Positions 42,601-56,275 of a stretch of 64,000 nt of DNA are shown piece after piece (positions within the stretch are counted from its first letter, which is position 1; every line of letters begins with the position of its first letter). A program made the translations under genes and the position numbers. Below the pieces are notes generated by a model. The model saw nothing but the letters and a program-made list of their open reading frames with translations, was not told the DNA's origin and ran no database searches. The DNA comes from Tubiluchus corallicola (taxonomy: Eukaryota > Animalia > Priapulida). The DNA lies in assembly GCA_030141605.1 (NCBI GenBank), contig JAQGDQ010001006.1:1-64000 (forward strand). Reading direction: 5' to 3'.

Positions 42601-45554
42601 CCGATCACGATTTTTTTAAATTACAAATATTGAGTAACAAAGAGGTAACAAGGTATATACGTTTGATAATCTTTGACAATGACGTTGCCCTTCAATTCTA
42701 GATTCTACCTTGCAGTGCTTAAATGTACATAACAGTCATCATCATCATCGCATCATCTTCATAAACATCATCATCATTACCATCATCATCATCATCATCA
42801 TCCTCATCGTTATCATCATCATCATCATCATTTTTTACTGTACCTTTCTTTGAGTGGCCACTGACATTATTTGGGATTATTTAGATAGAAAAGAACATTT
42901 CATGAACCAACAATATATTACCTCTGTGATTTAGGACAATAATTCCAGCAGACTGCCATTGCAATACCTTGAGGCATTCTCCAAGAGCTGATAGTCGTTT
43001 CTCCATGTCGCAATGGATACTTTTCGTAACTCCATTGTTTACTAAAATTAATGAGCAGAGAGGGTTATCTATGTTGTGTGTTTTGTATGAACACTAACAG
43101 ATAGTGCAGTGGATGAAAGTTCATGCTGGGATAGCAAGATGACGAGTTTGGTGTAAAATGCTTAATTAATAAAGACATTTTTTGTCTGAATTTATGTGTC
43201 ATCTTCTAGCTTTCTATATCTGTTTAATGGCCACTTAGTAATCTATAACAAATGTTTTCGTCTTCCACCCCGAGCGCACGTTTGCACATAGAGAAACAAT
43301 ACTCAAATGGGGAGGGGGATACTTTGCTTTCAGGGTAGAAACTTCAAATCTAAGTGGAAGAATTTTAGCTAGAGGAGAAACTCCAGACTGGGAGAAAATG
43401 GCTAGATTTTTCCCATGCCACTTCTCTTCTCCATAAATTTCTTCTCCGCAATGAAGACTGCTACAGGTTGTTATTTCTGCCGTTCTCATAAACTTGAATA
43501 ATTATTAATAAGTGTGATCTGCCACCTATGGACATAGTATTTAACAGTATAGTCACAACATGAAATTCTCAGTAAAGGTTTATTGAACTAACCTAGTGAT
43601 GCGGTGAAACCAAACTTATCAGGGATTAATCGAAATTCTAACTTGAACCACAATTATTTTGCACATACTTTTTTGGGTTATTTGCATCTACATACGTAAG
43701 TATATGGGTTATAGGTTCAGATAGTACATGAATAGCTTTCTTAACTATGTTTTGTAAAATCAAGTCTAAATCTTGTGTACTTTTATTTTTAAGGCATCAA
43801 ATAATTGTTTTATTTTCTTCTTCATTAACTGTTGACAGAGAAAACGAATTTTTCCTCTAAACTTAGTAAACCACTAAAATAATTTATGGATTTTGTTTGC
43901 TAACTTAGTACCCACGTTTCTAAAGAAATTGTTAAAGCTTTTTGGTATTTCATAAGGATCACGTATGCTTTGGCAACCCTTAATTTTTTCAGAGGAGGCA
44001 TCTTTTATTGAGATTGTCTGTTGATAACTAAGTTAATAACATTCAAAGTATGTTTTTATACTTTCACATTCATAGCTCTTTTTTCTGTGTAATAGTGTCT
44101 TTCAGCTTTTTTTAAAATGGTTGTCAGTTTATTTTTCTTATACTTTGCAGTATTTTGTTCTGTTTCATTTATAATTATATTTTCGTATAGTTTGTTTTAT
44201 GCCTGATTGAATTGATCAGACCAGTGGCAGCTTGTTGTCAAACTCGTTTAAATATTTATATATTTTGCTTTTGTAACAAAATAAAGATGTTTAATCTTTG
44301 AAATTTTTAGCATTTTAAATATAGGATATGGTGCACAAATCATTATTTTTACAACTTTTTTAGCGATTTTTCTATTTTATTACATTTGGATTTCCACAAG
44401 AGTATTTCATAATTAATATGACAGCTAACAAGACTAGCATACATTTTCATATTGGCTGAAAGAGGCAATAAATGCTTTAGCCTGTTAACTATTCCAAATG
44501 CATTAGAAATCTTTTTATTTATGAGCAGACCAAGACATGTTCATCCACGACTATGTCCAGAAATTTAAATGACGTATTCTGTTCTGTTTCAGAATCACTA
44601 ACTTTATTTATAAGGTGTCAACTTATTTATAGAATGAAAAATCATATATTTTGTTTTAATTACGTTGAAAGATAATTTGTTTTCTGATAGCCATAAAGTT
44701 TGTTAACTTTTTGCAATTTTTCATTTATCTAATCACGTAACTGCTTGTCATCACAGTTAACATTTAAGTTATGTAATACTGAAGTTGTAAGAATTAAAGT
44801 ATCATCTGCATATAATACATATTTAAACTATTCTGAAGCAATTCCTTATCATTTAAATAAAAAATAAACAAAAAATGGACCTAAAATGGGTCCTTGTGAG
44901 ACATTTATATTTAGCGAGAGAAAATCAGGTGGATGTTCATCATATATGTTATATTTGTACTTCTTTATTATTTTAAACACGAAATGGGCTTCGTTTATCT
45001 AATAAGAAACAAGTTTAATCTATCATGCCTCGCGGCCATAAACCGAACAACAACTTATAACCATCCGCACTACTATGGTATTCATACGCAGTATTATCAA
45101 TACATGACAATATACAATATATTGCTTACAATTTCGTAAGTAATTTTGTAACAGTGTTACTGCATGGTCATTTAAATCAGAATTTTGTAATTTGTAAAGA
45201 AGAACTTCATGATCTAACGTGTCAAAAGCCTTGTTTAAATCTAGAAATATCACATCAATAATCATAATTTGTCAGAAATAATATCCTTAGTTAGTACTTA
45301 ATGGCCATGATAATAACAAATATAGTCACACATTATTAATTATTAAGAGTTGTTTCAGTGTAGAACAAACTGCCTTCTTTATAATACTAAAAATAGCCTT
45401 GTTTTGCTAAATGACCTATTAATCCGACAGGTAAACATCTTAGGAGTAAGCAATACATGCATATAACTGAACATAACTTACTTTCTTTTAAGGCTGCTAA
45501 TCCATTAATCATAGTTACAACCAACAGTGTGAAACATGTAAGGGAATACATCAT
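33667..45554 (-). CDS. Divergent ionotropic receptor (IR, iGluR-like), copy 1, 13 exons, ~646 aa, intact
   Basis: Exons 45482-45554 (signal peptide MMYSLTCFTLLVVTMING), 42922-43041, 42203-42384, 41432-41569, 40509-40607, 40239-40331, 39627-39727, 38955-39045, 38205-38363, 36619-36766, 36158-36378, 35169-35440, 33667-33910. All gt/ag and phase-compatible. Motifs [58 protein letters not shown], and an M4-like helix. Confidence 0.92.
34232..34951. mobile_element. TGT...ACA MITE with ~38-bp TIRs and 5-bp TSD ACAAC (Ginger-like)
   Basis: acaac|tgttgggagccaagtggaccactgagccaagtagacca ... tggtctacttggctcagtggtcaactcggctccctaca|acaac; absent from the matching intron of IR copy 2. Confidence 0.85.
35614..35986 (-). 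mobile_element. Solo-LTR-like element, copy C (TSD CAAAT/CAAAC)
   Basis: Reverse complement of copy B; TG..CA ends; absent from IR copy 2. Confidence 0.85.
36848..37864. mobile_element. Tc1/mariner (Tigger-like) MITE with internal ~140-bp tandem duplication
   Basis: ta|cagtcaaacctccttatac ... gtataacgaggtttgactg|ta; 37437-37715 duplicated. Confidence 0.85.
43900..45290 (-). mobile_element. Decayed LINE reverse-transcriptase fragment(s) in IR copy 1 intron 1
   Basis: Minus strand: IFLDLNKAFDTLDHEVLLYKL (45170-45255), SQGPILGP (~44878-44902), YADDT (~44798-44812), KFLDIVVD; multiple stops. The part below ~44300 is less certain. Confidence 0.75.
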
Positions 45555-46818
45555 CACTGATTACATACAATTTATTGACAACTTCATACAGCTATACATT
45601 CATCTGTGTCAACACTGATACAAAAACTCAGAGAAATGCAAGCTGATCGTGACTTCATTCATGCCGTCATTCATCTGTTTGATGTTTAACGACAATGCAC
45701 TTTTATATTTATAATTGAGATCGCCTACCTGCACCAATGATTCCTGAGTGTAGACATCTCTCGTGTTCCTGTGAGATTGATTTCACTTTGAGCAGTAGCA
45801 ATGTAAACAGCCGTGCTTTGTCTGTGTTTGTTTAGTGATTAAAGTTAAGCAACGTCGACCCTGATGGGTAATTGGGCAGGTAACAGTCGAGTTCAATGAT
45901 CGTTCTAGGTGGGGGTTTCGTTTGCCTCATTGAGTGAGAGCTTTTTCACATCCATATGTAAAGTCAGTTGTCAGATACCTGTGACAGTCTAGTGTCTTAC
46001 CTTAGAGGTATTCTTGATGAATTTATTACTGACATTAACAATGAGTAGACTCTGTCATAGCATGCAGCTACCAGCTTTCACAGTGCCATGCTACGAAGTT
46101 CCCGAAACTGATCTGTTATTTCACAACTAGACTTGCAAGAATGTTCACCAGTAAAACGGGTAAACTTATTTCCTCAAACAGCTTTTCCGAGAAACGTTTC
46201 TCGCCAGATAGTGGTACTTCTCAAAAAAAAGTCTTCCCAGAAATCGTTTTTCCCAGAATTACCATTTTACAGAATAATTTTTTCCTAGAACCGTCATTTC
46301 ATAGAAAGTAAAACAACCAGATAAAGTTGTGATTTTCTAAAGCATTACATTATGCAATAGAAAAAACATAACTAAAATAGTATCATTATAATGCGTCTAC
46401 GTGTATTGATTGATATGGATCACATGATAAGAAATTTGGTCTACTCGCTAATGCAAAAAGCTAGTTTTGTGACGTCAGAGTGACTAGGTAGCCAAATATA
46501 TTGAACATTGAGTACTAGGCCTTAACAGTACTGAATTACTAATCTAATTATTGATTTATTGTTGTTATGGCTACCCCATGCTGCTGCTACTGACCAAAGA
46601 TGAAATAGTTTTGTTTCGATCTAGATGAAACTTGGCAGTGTGTTAAACTGAGAAAAGAAATACAGTGGTAAAATAAGAACACAGATTTTATTTGTTCATC
46701 ATAAAGTGAGCAATTTAGCTACCAAAGTTAAGCAACTCATAAGAAAACGTTAGTAGAACTGCTTATTACTGTTAGTTTATCTAAACTTAGCTAAACTTTA
46801 ATTCAAATTATATGAAAA

Positions 46819-49800
46819 TCAATTGAATTTCAAGTGATTGTACGCAGACTTACATAAATCACATACAGATGAATATATGTATTCAATGTAAAATACAATG
46901 AACGAAATTACAACCCCAGAAATATAAAGAACAAAGACTCCCACAATGTCTGCCATTCTAAATGATCTGTAAACGCTGCTGGCTTCTTTGTCACATTTTA
47001 TTCTCGGTTCTGCTTCTAATATCCATTTGTTCATGTAACCAGATACAATCATTCTGTGAATTCTGAAGTGAAATAAAAAAGATTAACCAATTTTCATGGA
47101 TTTTTCTTAGATGTATGCGATATGAAATACCTTTTACATTTGAAAGATAAAGATATTGTGTTATCTTGACCTGAAGATATTAATTATGCAAATTGTTTTT
47201 TTTAAATCAAATACTATGAGATAAAATCCTATTAGTTTTTTTAGACTGAGACATACCCTTTATTAAAAAGTTCCAAATACGGACTATTCTTTTGCATAGG
47301 AAAAGCATACTGTTGAACAAAGAAGTTATCTTCTGCGATATATACAGAGCATTTTCCAGTTCTGTAAAAGTCTTGAACCATTTCTGTTCGCAAACTCTCA
47401 TAGCCTGCTATCCACGCATAATTGTTTTCTTTAACTTTGTGAAGAGCTTCGGAGGTATACTCATAATGTCTGTTAGGATTTTCAATAAATTTCCTCCATA
47501 TTTCTCTTTGAATGCGAGTCTGTCCATTCTGAAGAAAGTTTAAAAAACATTTTAGTTTGAACATAATGAGGCAAGATTTAAAAATATGTAATTGTTTAGC
47601 GTTACATAGATTTTCAATGTTTTTTATGTAACTGTGCTAATGAAGACCCAATCAGTGACCTGGCCTGCAACGTTTGTGGTAAACCTTTGATTCGTCACTG
47701 AATAGCTTTTACAAACAAAATTTAATCAAACAAAAGTTGCTAAAATGACGGGTAAGTTAAGCAGTTTTCTTGTTGCACTGAGAACTCATAAAAGCAGAGC
47801 CACATATAAGTACCTTGAAGTACGTTTCCCAGCTAGCTTTGTGCCTGAATATTGGTTTAATGGTATTCTGTGCACTCAGTTCTTGAACGGTTCTTACTGG
47901 AAATTTCAAAGGAGCTGGCAAAGTTAAGAATGCAACCAGATTTCCTGAATAAACTGCAGCTAATATAACCACATACACCAACCAAGAACCAATCAGAACG
48001 CGGCACGTTGTACTCCTTGGTTCTTTTGTCAAGCCTGCAAATGTAATGAAGTTTCCAAGTACTGTAAAAGAATAGCTGAATCTACCATTTGCTTCATCTT
48101 CTGTTAATGATCATGATAACTGATTAGTGTTGGCCATAGCTATTTCTATCGCAAATGATTTAATGAGAGAAAGAGAAGTGAGAAGGGAACTGAGGCAAAG
48201 CAAATTCATGGGTTATAAAGTTAATGAGTGGAGAGCAATTGTCTTACTATAAGACTTAAGTAACCAGGTGGTTCTTCTTTTATTTTTTCATATAGATCTT
48301 TGTTTGAAATTTTCTTTGGCCATCTAATACCCAAAATGTTTCCCAAGTACTATAAAAGAATTGCTGGATCTACCGTTTTCTTAATGTTCTTCTAAAAATC
48401 ATAGTCAATGATCACACTCGACCATCACTATCTGTATCATTGGTGAGAAGTAAGAAACGGAAGAGGTAAGGCAAGTTCACGAGCTGGGGAGGAGAAACTG
48501 ATCTGTTATAAACATTAAGTAGCCAGTAGTATTGTACGTACTTTGCATGGAAGCAGCTCGTAATAACATTTCAAACCAGTGTGACAGTGACAATGGAGAT
48601 GACCTTTTCTTCAAACACGTTCTGCTAGCCTCTATGATGCGAGCCACAATGGTCATTATTAATAAACTACCAATAAAAGAATACCACACCTGTAAAAAAA
48701 TTAACGAAATTAATAAATAATCTCAAGACAGGTAAACACAACAAAAAACTATACACTGCTATAGCAGTGGACTGTCAACACCACTTCCAGTATAGATATA
48801 ATACAACTAGACAAATGTACAACCATACATGAAACACTCTCTTTCAGACATTATGAATAAATACATTCTTTTTTAAAAGTTGATATTCTGCACTTAGCTA
48901 CATGTAGCACATGCTTGCATATCTAAAGTAACCGCCCACTTACATGAAAGTGAACTTACCGAATTCGTAAAAAGTTACCTGTGACGAGAATGGAGCAATG
49001 AAAGCGCGAAGATTTAACGTTTGTACTGGTCGCTTTATCATAAATGTACCACGTGAATCGCTGTACGAAACTGTGAAATCTGCAACTTCTAATCTTTCAT
49101 GTAACACCGTGAAAGTACCAACACCAAATTCAACTTCCTGAAAAATGAAATTACAGAAACTGGGTTTTGAATTTAAATTAACTAAAACAGCTAACACTGT
49201 GGTATTGATTCTTACATCCTAAGATTCTGCTGTCAGGGATAACCACAGGCAGAAAAAGGTATTTTTCAGATCTGTGGTTTCGAACAGATGCAATGCAATT
49301 ATAAGCAAAGAAGGATTACCCGCTGTGAGAATTATTGATGCTCGAAGAAACATTGCATACCGTAGCTCACAGTTTAACTGGTCCGTAACAACAGAAACAT
49401 TAAGCAGCATCACGTTTTGACAATTATGTTGTATTTAGGTGGGTGAGCAAATAAACCGCAAGCAAAATTTGTGCATTTAAAAGAAAATTTTCAACTCTTT
49501 TCACTTCATTATTTTTAGTTAAGGATCCTTATAAATGTGCAACATACAATCTCACTCAGACTCAGACACCAACACGTCGTCTTAAAAGTTGGTAAAAAAT
49601 AACATATTAGCTGACAAGTATGTAAACGTTTTATTATACAAATTAATCAGAAATGGATAAAAACTTATCTGAATTTCTGTAGTAGCACATTTGACTTTGA
49701 TACTTTAAATTCTAATTGTGTAGTAGGTCAATCATTTATTAATGTACCTTTCTAGCGATCATTCCCATAATTCCATTCCAAGAACCATCGGCCTGTTTAG

Positions 49801-52800
49801 AACCAAACTTTCCATCCACACTGGGTATCAAATCATACCTTAAAAATGCCAAATAGAATGAAGGCAACGTGACTTCGAAAGCCTAAAAACTGTGTTCACG
49901 TACGTGAAGCAGTACGATGAGATTAAATGATGTTATGATTACCATGATGATTAGTTTCTGAAGAAACAGACAACTTATGATGATTGGCTGAAGATTAAAC
50001 AGACGACTTACAGACACCAATAAGAGTTGCCTTATAGATGCCGTTTACTCACAAACTGGACTTGGTACAGACTCGATATGGACTGTGTCCAGAATCACAC
50101 AGCATGTAATAAAGCAAACTTTTATAACTTGTTTAAATTTAAATCCTATTTGCATATTTAAAACTGATTCTATAAACAAAAACCGGTATTCTTTTACCAA
50201 TAAGTATATGTAGGTATTATAATCTATCAGCAATTAGAGTTCCTTTACAAGCAGTTTAGACGAGAAAAATGAAAGATTGGAAAAACAGTCAGCAGGAAAG
50301 GTGAAAAACATTGATAGGTAAACTAGACGAAAGAAAGAGAAAGAGAGAGAAGTTAGATGGATGGATAGATGGATAAATGGATGGATGGATGGATGGATGG
50401 ATGGATGGATGGATGGATGGATGGATGGATGGATGGATGGATGGATGGATGGATAGATGGATAAGTAGATGGATAGATGGATAAGTAGATGGGTAGATGG
50501 ATAAATTGAGTGATAGACAGATAGAAGACGAGAGTGAGAGACAAAGAGATAGAGGGGGAGAGGGGGAAGAGCGAGAGAGAGAGAGAGATGAAATGTGCAT
50601 ACGTAAAATTAAACATGTCTGCCAAACCACTGAGAATATTGATGATTAGCCCAGAATGATTTGCGCCAGCTTCTAAATTTCCCGGAACAATATATGGTGC
50701 AGACTAAAACGACAAAAACAAAAAGTACTTAAAGTAAAAAATGATTAAGCTATGCAAATTGTATAAAAGAGTAACTAATGTAAGTACATAATTAATTTAT
50801 AAATATTACACTCGTGACTAGGTGTTAAAGACACAAATAGTAATTATAAGCGTATAGGGTGAGCTTACTTGACAATAACTTAATAAAGTAGGATTTATAC
50901 TGACTTAAATACAAACTCCTGTAAAAGAAATATAAACTCTTGTAAAAGAACAGCCGTTTTCAAACAAAAAGATATTCACCTGGACTAATAATAGCAAAAT
51001 GTTAACAGCTACAAAAACATGCAGGAAGTGGCCATATCATGTCAGTTCATATCATGATGAGATGGTTTTGACGTCTGAGACAAAGATGACATCATTTGCG
51101 GCACCGATGTTGATAGTTATAACGACGAAAAAGATGTCAATAAGGATGGTGATGATAAGAGCAGTAAGTATTCATAACCTTTGAATAGTTTCTTACAAAA
51201 ATCGTATGCTAACTGTAAAGTTATTATGCTAAATTAATTATGCAAAAATTTAAGACTGTGTAAATTAAAATTGTGTAACTTACATGATTGATCATTACTC
51301 CAGCTTTAAGTTTTCTTCATTTAATTTGTACTTTGTCATTGGAAATAGATATTCTTCCTTTTCGAGACCTTTTCCCTAGAAAAGAAAGAGAAAACGATAA
51401 AGCATCTGGAGGCTGTGAAACATTTTGCAAGGCTAATCAGCCCCCATGCAGTGAAATACTGCAAAAAATGTCTATGGATGTACTTTTTCTAAGTACTGTC
51501 CGAGAGCTATATGAACAAAGTACTAACTTAATACCAAAAATTCAAATGAAGAAATGGAAAAAATCATCCTAGCGCAATCAGTAAATAAACACATTTTCAC
51601 CTCATTTGGTTGCATCAATTTTTGCAGTGTATTCCTGATGCCACGTGGGGCTCCAGATGCTGACACCGTCTTGATGGTGTAAAGCTTAACATCTTTACTC
51701 TAAAAAGACAGAACATATTTATATGACATAAATTAATGCTAAGCAAGACATGTTTACAAGTTAGTAAACAGGTATAGGCATATCCATAGAGCTAGCTAAT
51801 AATATGTATGTAATATCGTGCATATAGCCATAGCTTATAAGTATGCACCTTAATACACAAGACTTCTTACAAATCAATTGCACGTTTGTTAGGAAGAAAA
51901 CAGTTTTCACATGTACCCACCTTATTAGTTGAAGAAAGTGGTGAACTAATAATGAGAGCATTTGTGAATGCTGGAATGACGTTGATAAATGTTTGAGGTT
52001 TATCTTCTAAAACAAATATCCATCGATTGATGAAATCGAAACTATTGGAAGACATTGCCTGCAAAAGGTTTGGCTTGTTTGTCATAAATGTACAAAGATA
52101 ACATTTCAAAACTGTTAGATAACCAAAGCCACCTTATGAATGAAGTGAAGTGCCATTATTTTTATTACTTCATTACTTATTTAATAATTTTTAAAAGAAG
52201 TCTCTAACTTATACCGTCCAACAATAATAGGTCTAATATTTTATTAGCTTATTGGCCCAGAATTGGCAGTTACTGAAATTCAATTTTATAAGCTTGCAAA
52301 CTTTGCATAGCATTTTCGAAGGGAAGCGAGCGAATTCTCCAAAACTGGATGATTCATTCTATGAAAGCAAATGAATTAAAACTTGCTGTACCTTTTAATA
52401 AAACGAAAATTTGCTGATTTAAGATGTTTTAACTTGTTCCAAAGTGTTAAAATAAGCTACCAATAGAACTTACACTTAAATTCTTTTAACAGGGAAATAA
52501 AAACTCATCATTTTAAGAACTATTTTAATGCATCAGTGGAAATGTTTTGCAAATTTTTAATGATTTATAAATAGGTCTAATTGCATTATAACTTTTTAGT
52601 ACGTTATCTAAATATTTTTATTTTTACAGCAACTTTGAAAAAATATTGAAAGACCGTTTTATATAAATACACACATTATACATTAATAATATTATAAATT
52701 CTGCAACGTTGGACAACTTAAGCAATTTACAAAACTACAAGTTCTTTGAAAAGAAAAACTTACCAATTCCACAAGACTGGAGGACTTCAGTGAGTTTCCA

Positions 52801-54408
52801 ACGACCACAAAGGTGTTAATTTTTTCCTTCTTCGACATAAAGAGTTCCCATGTTGCCTCATGGTTGTCGTTTATCAATGTTATAGACATGTCCTTGGCAT
52901 GTTGGAAAATATAATCTGTTATATCCTCCAAACAATTACAATTACCTATAATAAAAAAGTGGTATGTTGCACAAACCACTGTAGCATTGTGGAATGAATG
53001 AACTTTTAATCTGAAATGCAGCCAACAGAAGTAATAGCATTTGACTACCATAAGATCTAATCAAAGTTCATTAGCAATTAATCATGATAGCAAAGAAATT
53101 GTCTTATTGTTTTGTTACTTACAGATTATATTGATGAACCAACTTCTTCATGAACCAACAATATATTACCTGTATGATTTAGAACAATAATTCCAACAGA
53201 CTGCCATTTCAATACCTTGAGGCATTCTCCAAGAGCTGATAGTCGTTTCTCCATGTCGCAACGGATACTTTTCGCAATTTCGTTAGTTCCTAAAGTTAAT
53301 AAACAAAAAGAGTCATTTATAACGAGGGTCGTTTATATCCACCTCGAGTACATGTTTGCTACATGGGGAAGTAATTCTGACATGGGGGGCAATTTGCTCT
53401 CCGGGGAGAGATAGTAAGTCTAAGGGGACGGATTTTAGTTAAAGAAGGAGCTCCAAACTTCTAGGTTTTTACTTTCGACACCCCTCTTCTCTATAAGGTT
53501 CTGTCACTTGTTACATCCTGTGAGCTTGTGTTCCCTTGATTTATTTTAGTGTCATTAGGACGTTCTATTATTTCTAAGAAAGTTAAGATTTATCCACCAG
53601 GTGGCTTCTTGACAGACTTTCGTAATTCATTAAAGCATTTTTTGCATAGGAAGACGTCATTTAATACTGGATTATGGTTTATGGCAGCATACCGAAGCAG
53701 GTAAAAGATTTGAAAATAATAGCAATTGGCCTTTAACATTTTTTTATCTCCTAACCTTTTATATTTAAATGTCTATAAAGAGTTAAATACTTAAGACATT
53801 TCATTCATGCACGGCATATTGAACGCACTAATAAGCGCAATTTTGTCATGATGAACCAGAATGACAGGCCTTAATACCTGGGTTGTGGAATGCGACAAAC
53901 ACGAGCTTGTAAACAAGTAAGACACAAGTGAAAAGTGAAGCTAATAAATAAAGTTAGAAATTTTATTTCCAATTACGAAGTTTGAATCACATGGACTGCA
54001 TGATTAACCAACAATTCTAAAATTAATTATAAAAAAAGAAACGACAGCTTTCGTAGCAAACATAATACATGCTGCTGCACGGTTAGCAGAAGGCTTAGGT
54101 TCAAATCCCAGTGGAGGTACAAGACGTTTTCAGATTTTCTAATTAATTATGGAATTATTTAAGTGATTAATGATGCCATACATATGTGTATAAGCCAAAT
54201 TTTGAAAAATGGGAAAAGCCAAGCATTAGGAAAGCAAATATGTAGCTTGACATTGAGATGCAAATATTGAAAGCTGTGCCATCACAGTGTTTATATCATG
54301 GGAAAGTTTCAGGCATAATCCAGTAATTATCCCACGTTTAACTTCTGATTGTTGGTGCTTACTAGATCAAGAGTTTTTTTTATAGTATTTCTTAATTATG
54401 CCAAAACT

Positions 54409-54444
<36 letters not shown>

Positions 54445-55172
54445 GTAAAATAATAATAGTAATAATTTATTTAATTAGTACTTAATAGGTATAATAATAA
54501 TATATTATACAGTCTTACGTATTTCATTATTAAAAGTTTCTTTCAGTCTACAACAAATTGTTTTTTATAATGCTATCAGTTACTTGTTTTCCTAAAATGA
54601 TGACCTATTAAAGTCTCTCAGTAAAAATTTTCAACATTAAAATTAACGTTATACATATTGTATGAGTCAGCTAAATAGCTCCCAGGAACAAGTGTTTTTT
54701 ACGTTTATTTAAAACCCGAGTTTATATATAGTCTTGATTTGATCTGAACTGATCAATTTATGTCCAATCTGAAATTTATTTATTTTTTATTTATTTTTTG
54801 TTTATTATTATTATTATCACAATCAGTACAATATAATGACATTAAGCACACAGTGACAACAAAATTATCACATCTATTGTATTAAATTGTTATGTTTCAT
54901 ACACTATCGCTATCATAAAAGAATAATTGTACTGCAGTGGGCTAGACAAGCAAAGAAGAAATCACATTTACATACTGCTGCATATTACTGTGATATGCAC
55001 AACCCGAATATAAGATTGGAGTATTTTTAATCACAACATAATATAATTAAAAACATAAGCTGTACTTGCATATACCTGATTACAATGAACACAACTTACT
55101 TTCTTCTAATGCTGTTAATCCGTTAATCAAAGCTACAACCAACAGTGTAAAACATGCAATGCAATACATCAT
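46819..55172 (-). CDS. Divergent ionotropic receptor copy 2, 13 exons, apparent 1-bp frameshift in exon 6 (possible pseudogene)
   Basis: Exons 55100-55172, 53170-53289, 52764-52945, 51921-52058, 51601-51699, 51284-51375 (92 nt vs 93), 50603-50703, 49748-49838, 48979-49137, 48542-48689, 47814-48034, 47257-47528, 46819-47062; colinear paralog of copy 1. Confidence 0.88.
50355..50590. repeat. (GGAT)n/(GA)n microsatellite
   Basis: Directly visible; copy 1 has a shorter (GATA/GA)n at the same intron position (39535-39610). Confidence 0.95.
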
Positions 55173-56161
55173 CACTGATTACGTATAAGTTATTGAAACT
55201 TCACACATTTGCACATTTGTGTGTGTCAATACTAATATAAAAGTTCAAAGAAATGTAAACTGCTCACTAATGGTGGTGACTTGTCATGCATCCATCGTAC
55301 GTCTTTTTCATGTTTAATTAACAACACGCGTGTTTACATTATTTTATAACGCAGACCTCCAACCATCATCAGTGAATCCCAGATGGTACATGCCTCACTT
55401 GTTTCTATGGGTTTGATTTTAAATTGAACATTGGCATTTTAGGGAGGTGTAACAGGCCGAGAGGTTACTGTGTTTGCTTAGTGACCAAAGTTAAACAACG
55501 TCGAACCTGACAAGTAACTAAATTGGTAACAGTTATGTTTAATGCTCATTCCATGTAGTTTCGTTTGCGATATTGCCTCAATGAGGGAGGGTCAGATAGT
55601 GTCTCGCCTTGGAGGTATTTTTAGTAAACTCATTTCATGACTGATCCTGTTATTAAGTACAGGAATTAACCAGCCTTCAAAGCGTCAAACTGTAAATAAA
55701 TTCTTGAAACTGATTTGTTATTTCATTTCTAGACACACAAGAATGTTCGCTTGAAAGAATTGCTTCTTCTTAGAAATGTTTCTGGAAGAAAAAATTCACA
55801 GAAAGCTTTTTTTGGACATGAATGTATATATATATATGCAGTTTAGGCTTGCATCTGGTTAAGTGAAAACATATTGAAATCGTAGCGTGCTCTGCAAACT
55901 TTTTTTTGATACAATTAGGAGTATTGGTGCAGAAACCCAAATTTTCAGTCTTCAGTTTTGATAACTTTCCTGGCAAGTTTAGTTTTAAAAAATTGTGTTC
56001 ATTCCATTATTAATTAATCTAATTAAATAAATCTAAACAATTATTCGTACTGTACTAATCAGTACTATACTATTGGTAGATGTTGCAAATAAGTAAGCTG
56101 CAATTGCTAAACAGATCCATATTAGCCGATTTTATGACGAAGTAACAAATTTTCAAGCAGG

Positions 56162-56162
<1 letters not shown>

Positions 56163-56258
<96 letters not shown>

Positions 56259-56275
56259 CATATATATATATATGT
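56163..56275. repeat. (TA)n(GATA)n microsatellite
   Basis: Directly visible. Confidence 0.95.

Noticed and set aside
52250-52360. Conserved intronic block (also ~41965-42085) as an extra IR exon
   Set aside because: Copy 1 has an in-frame TGA, there is no good donor, and the flanking exons already join in phase.
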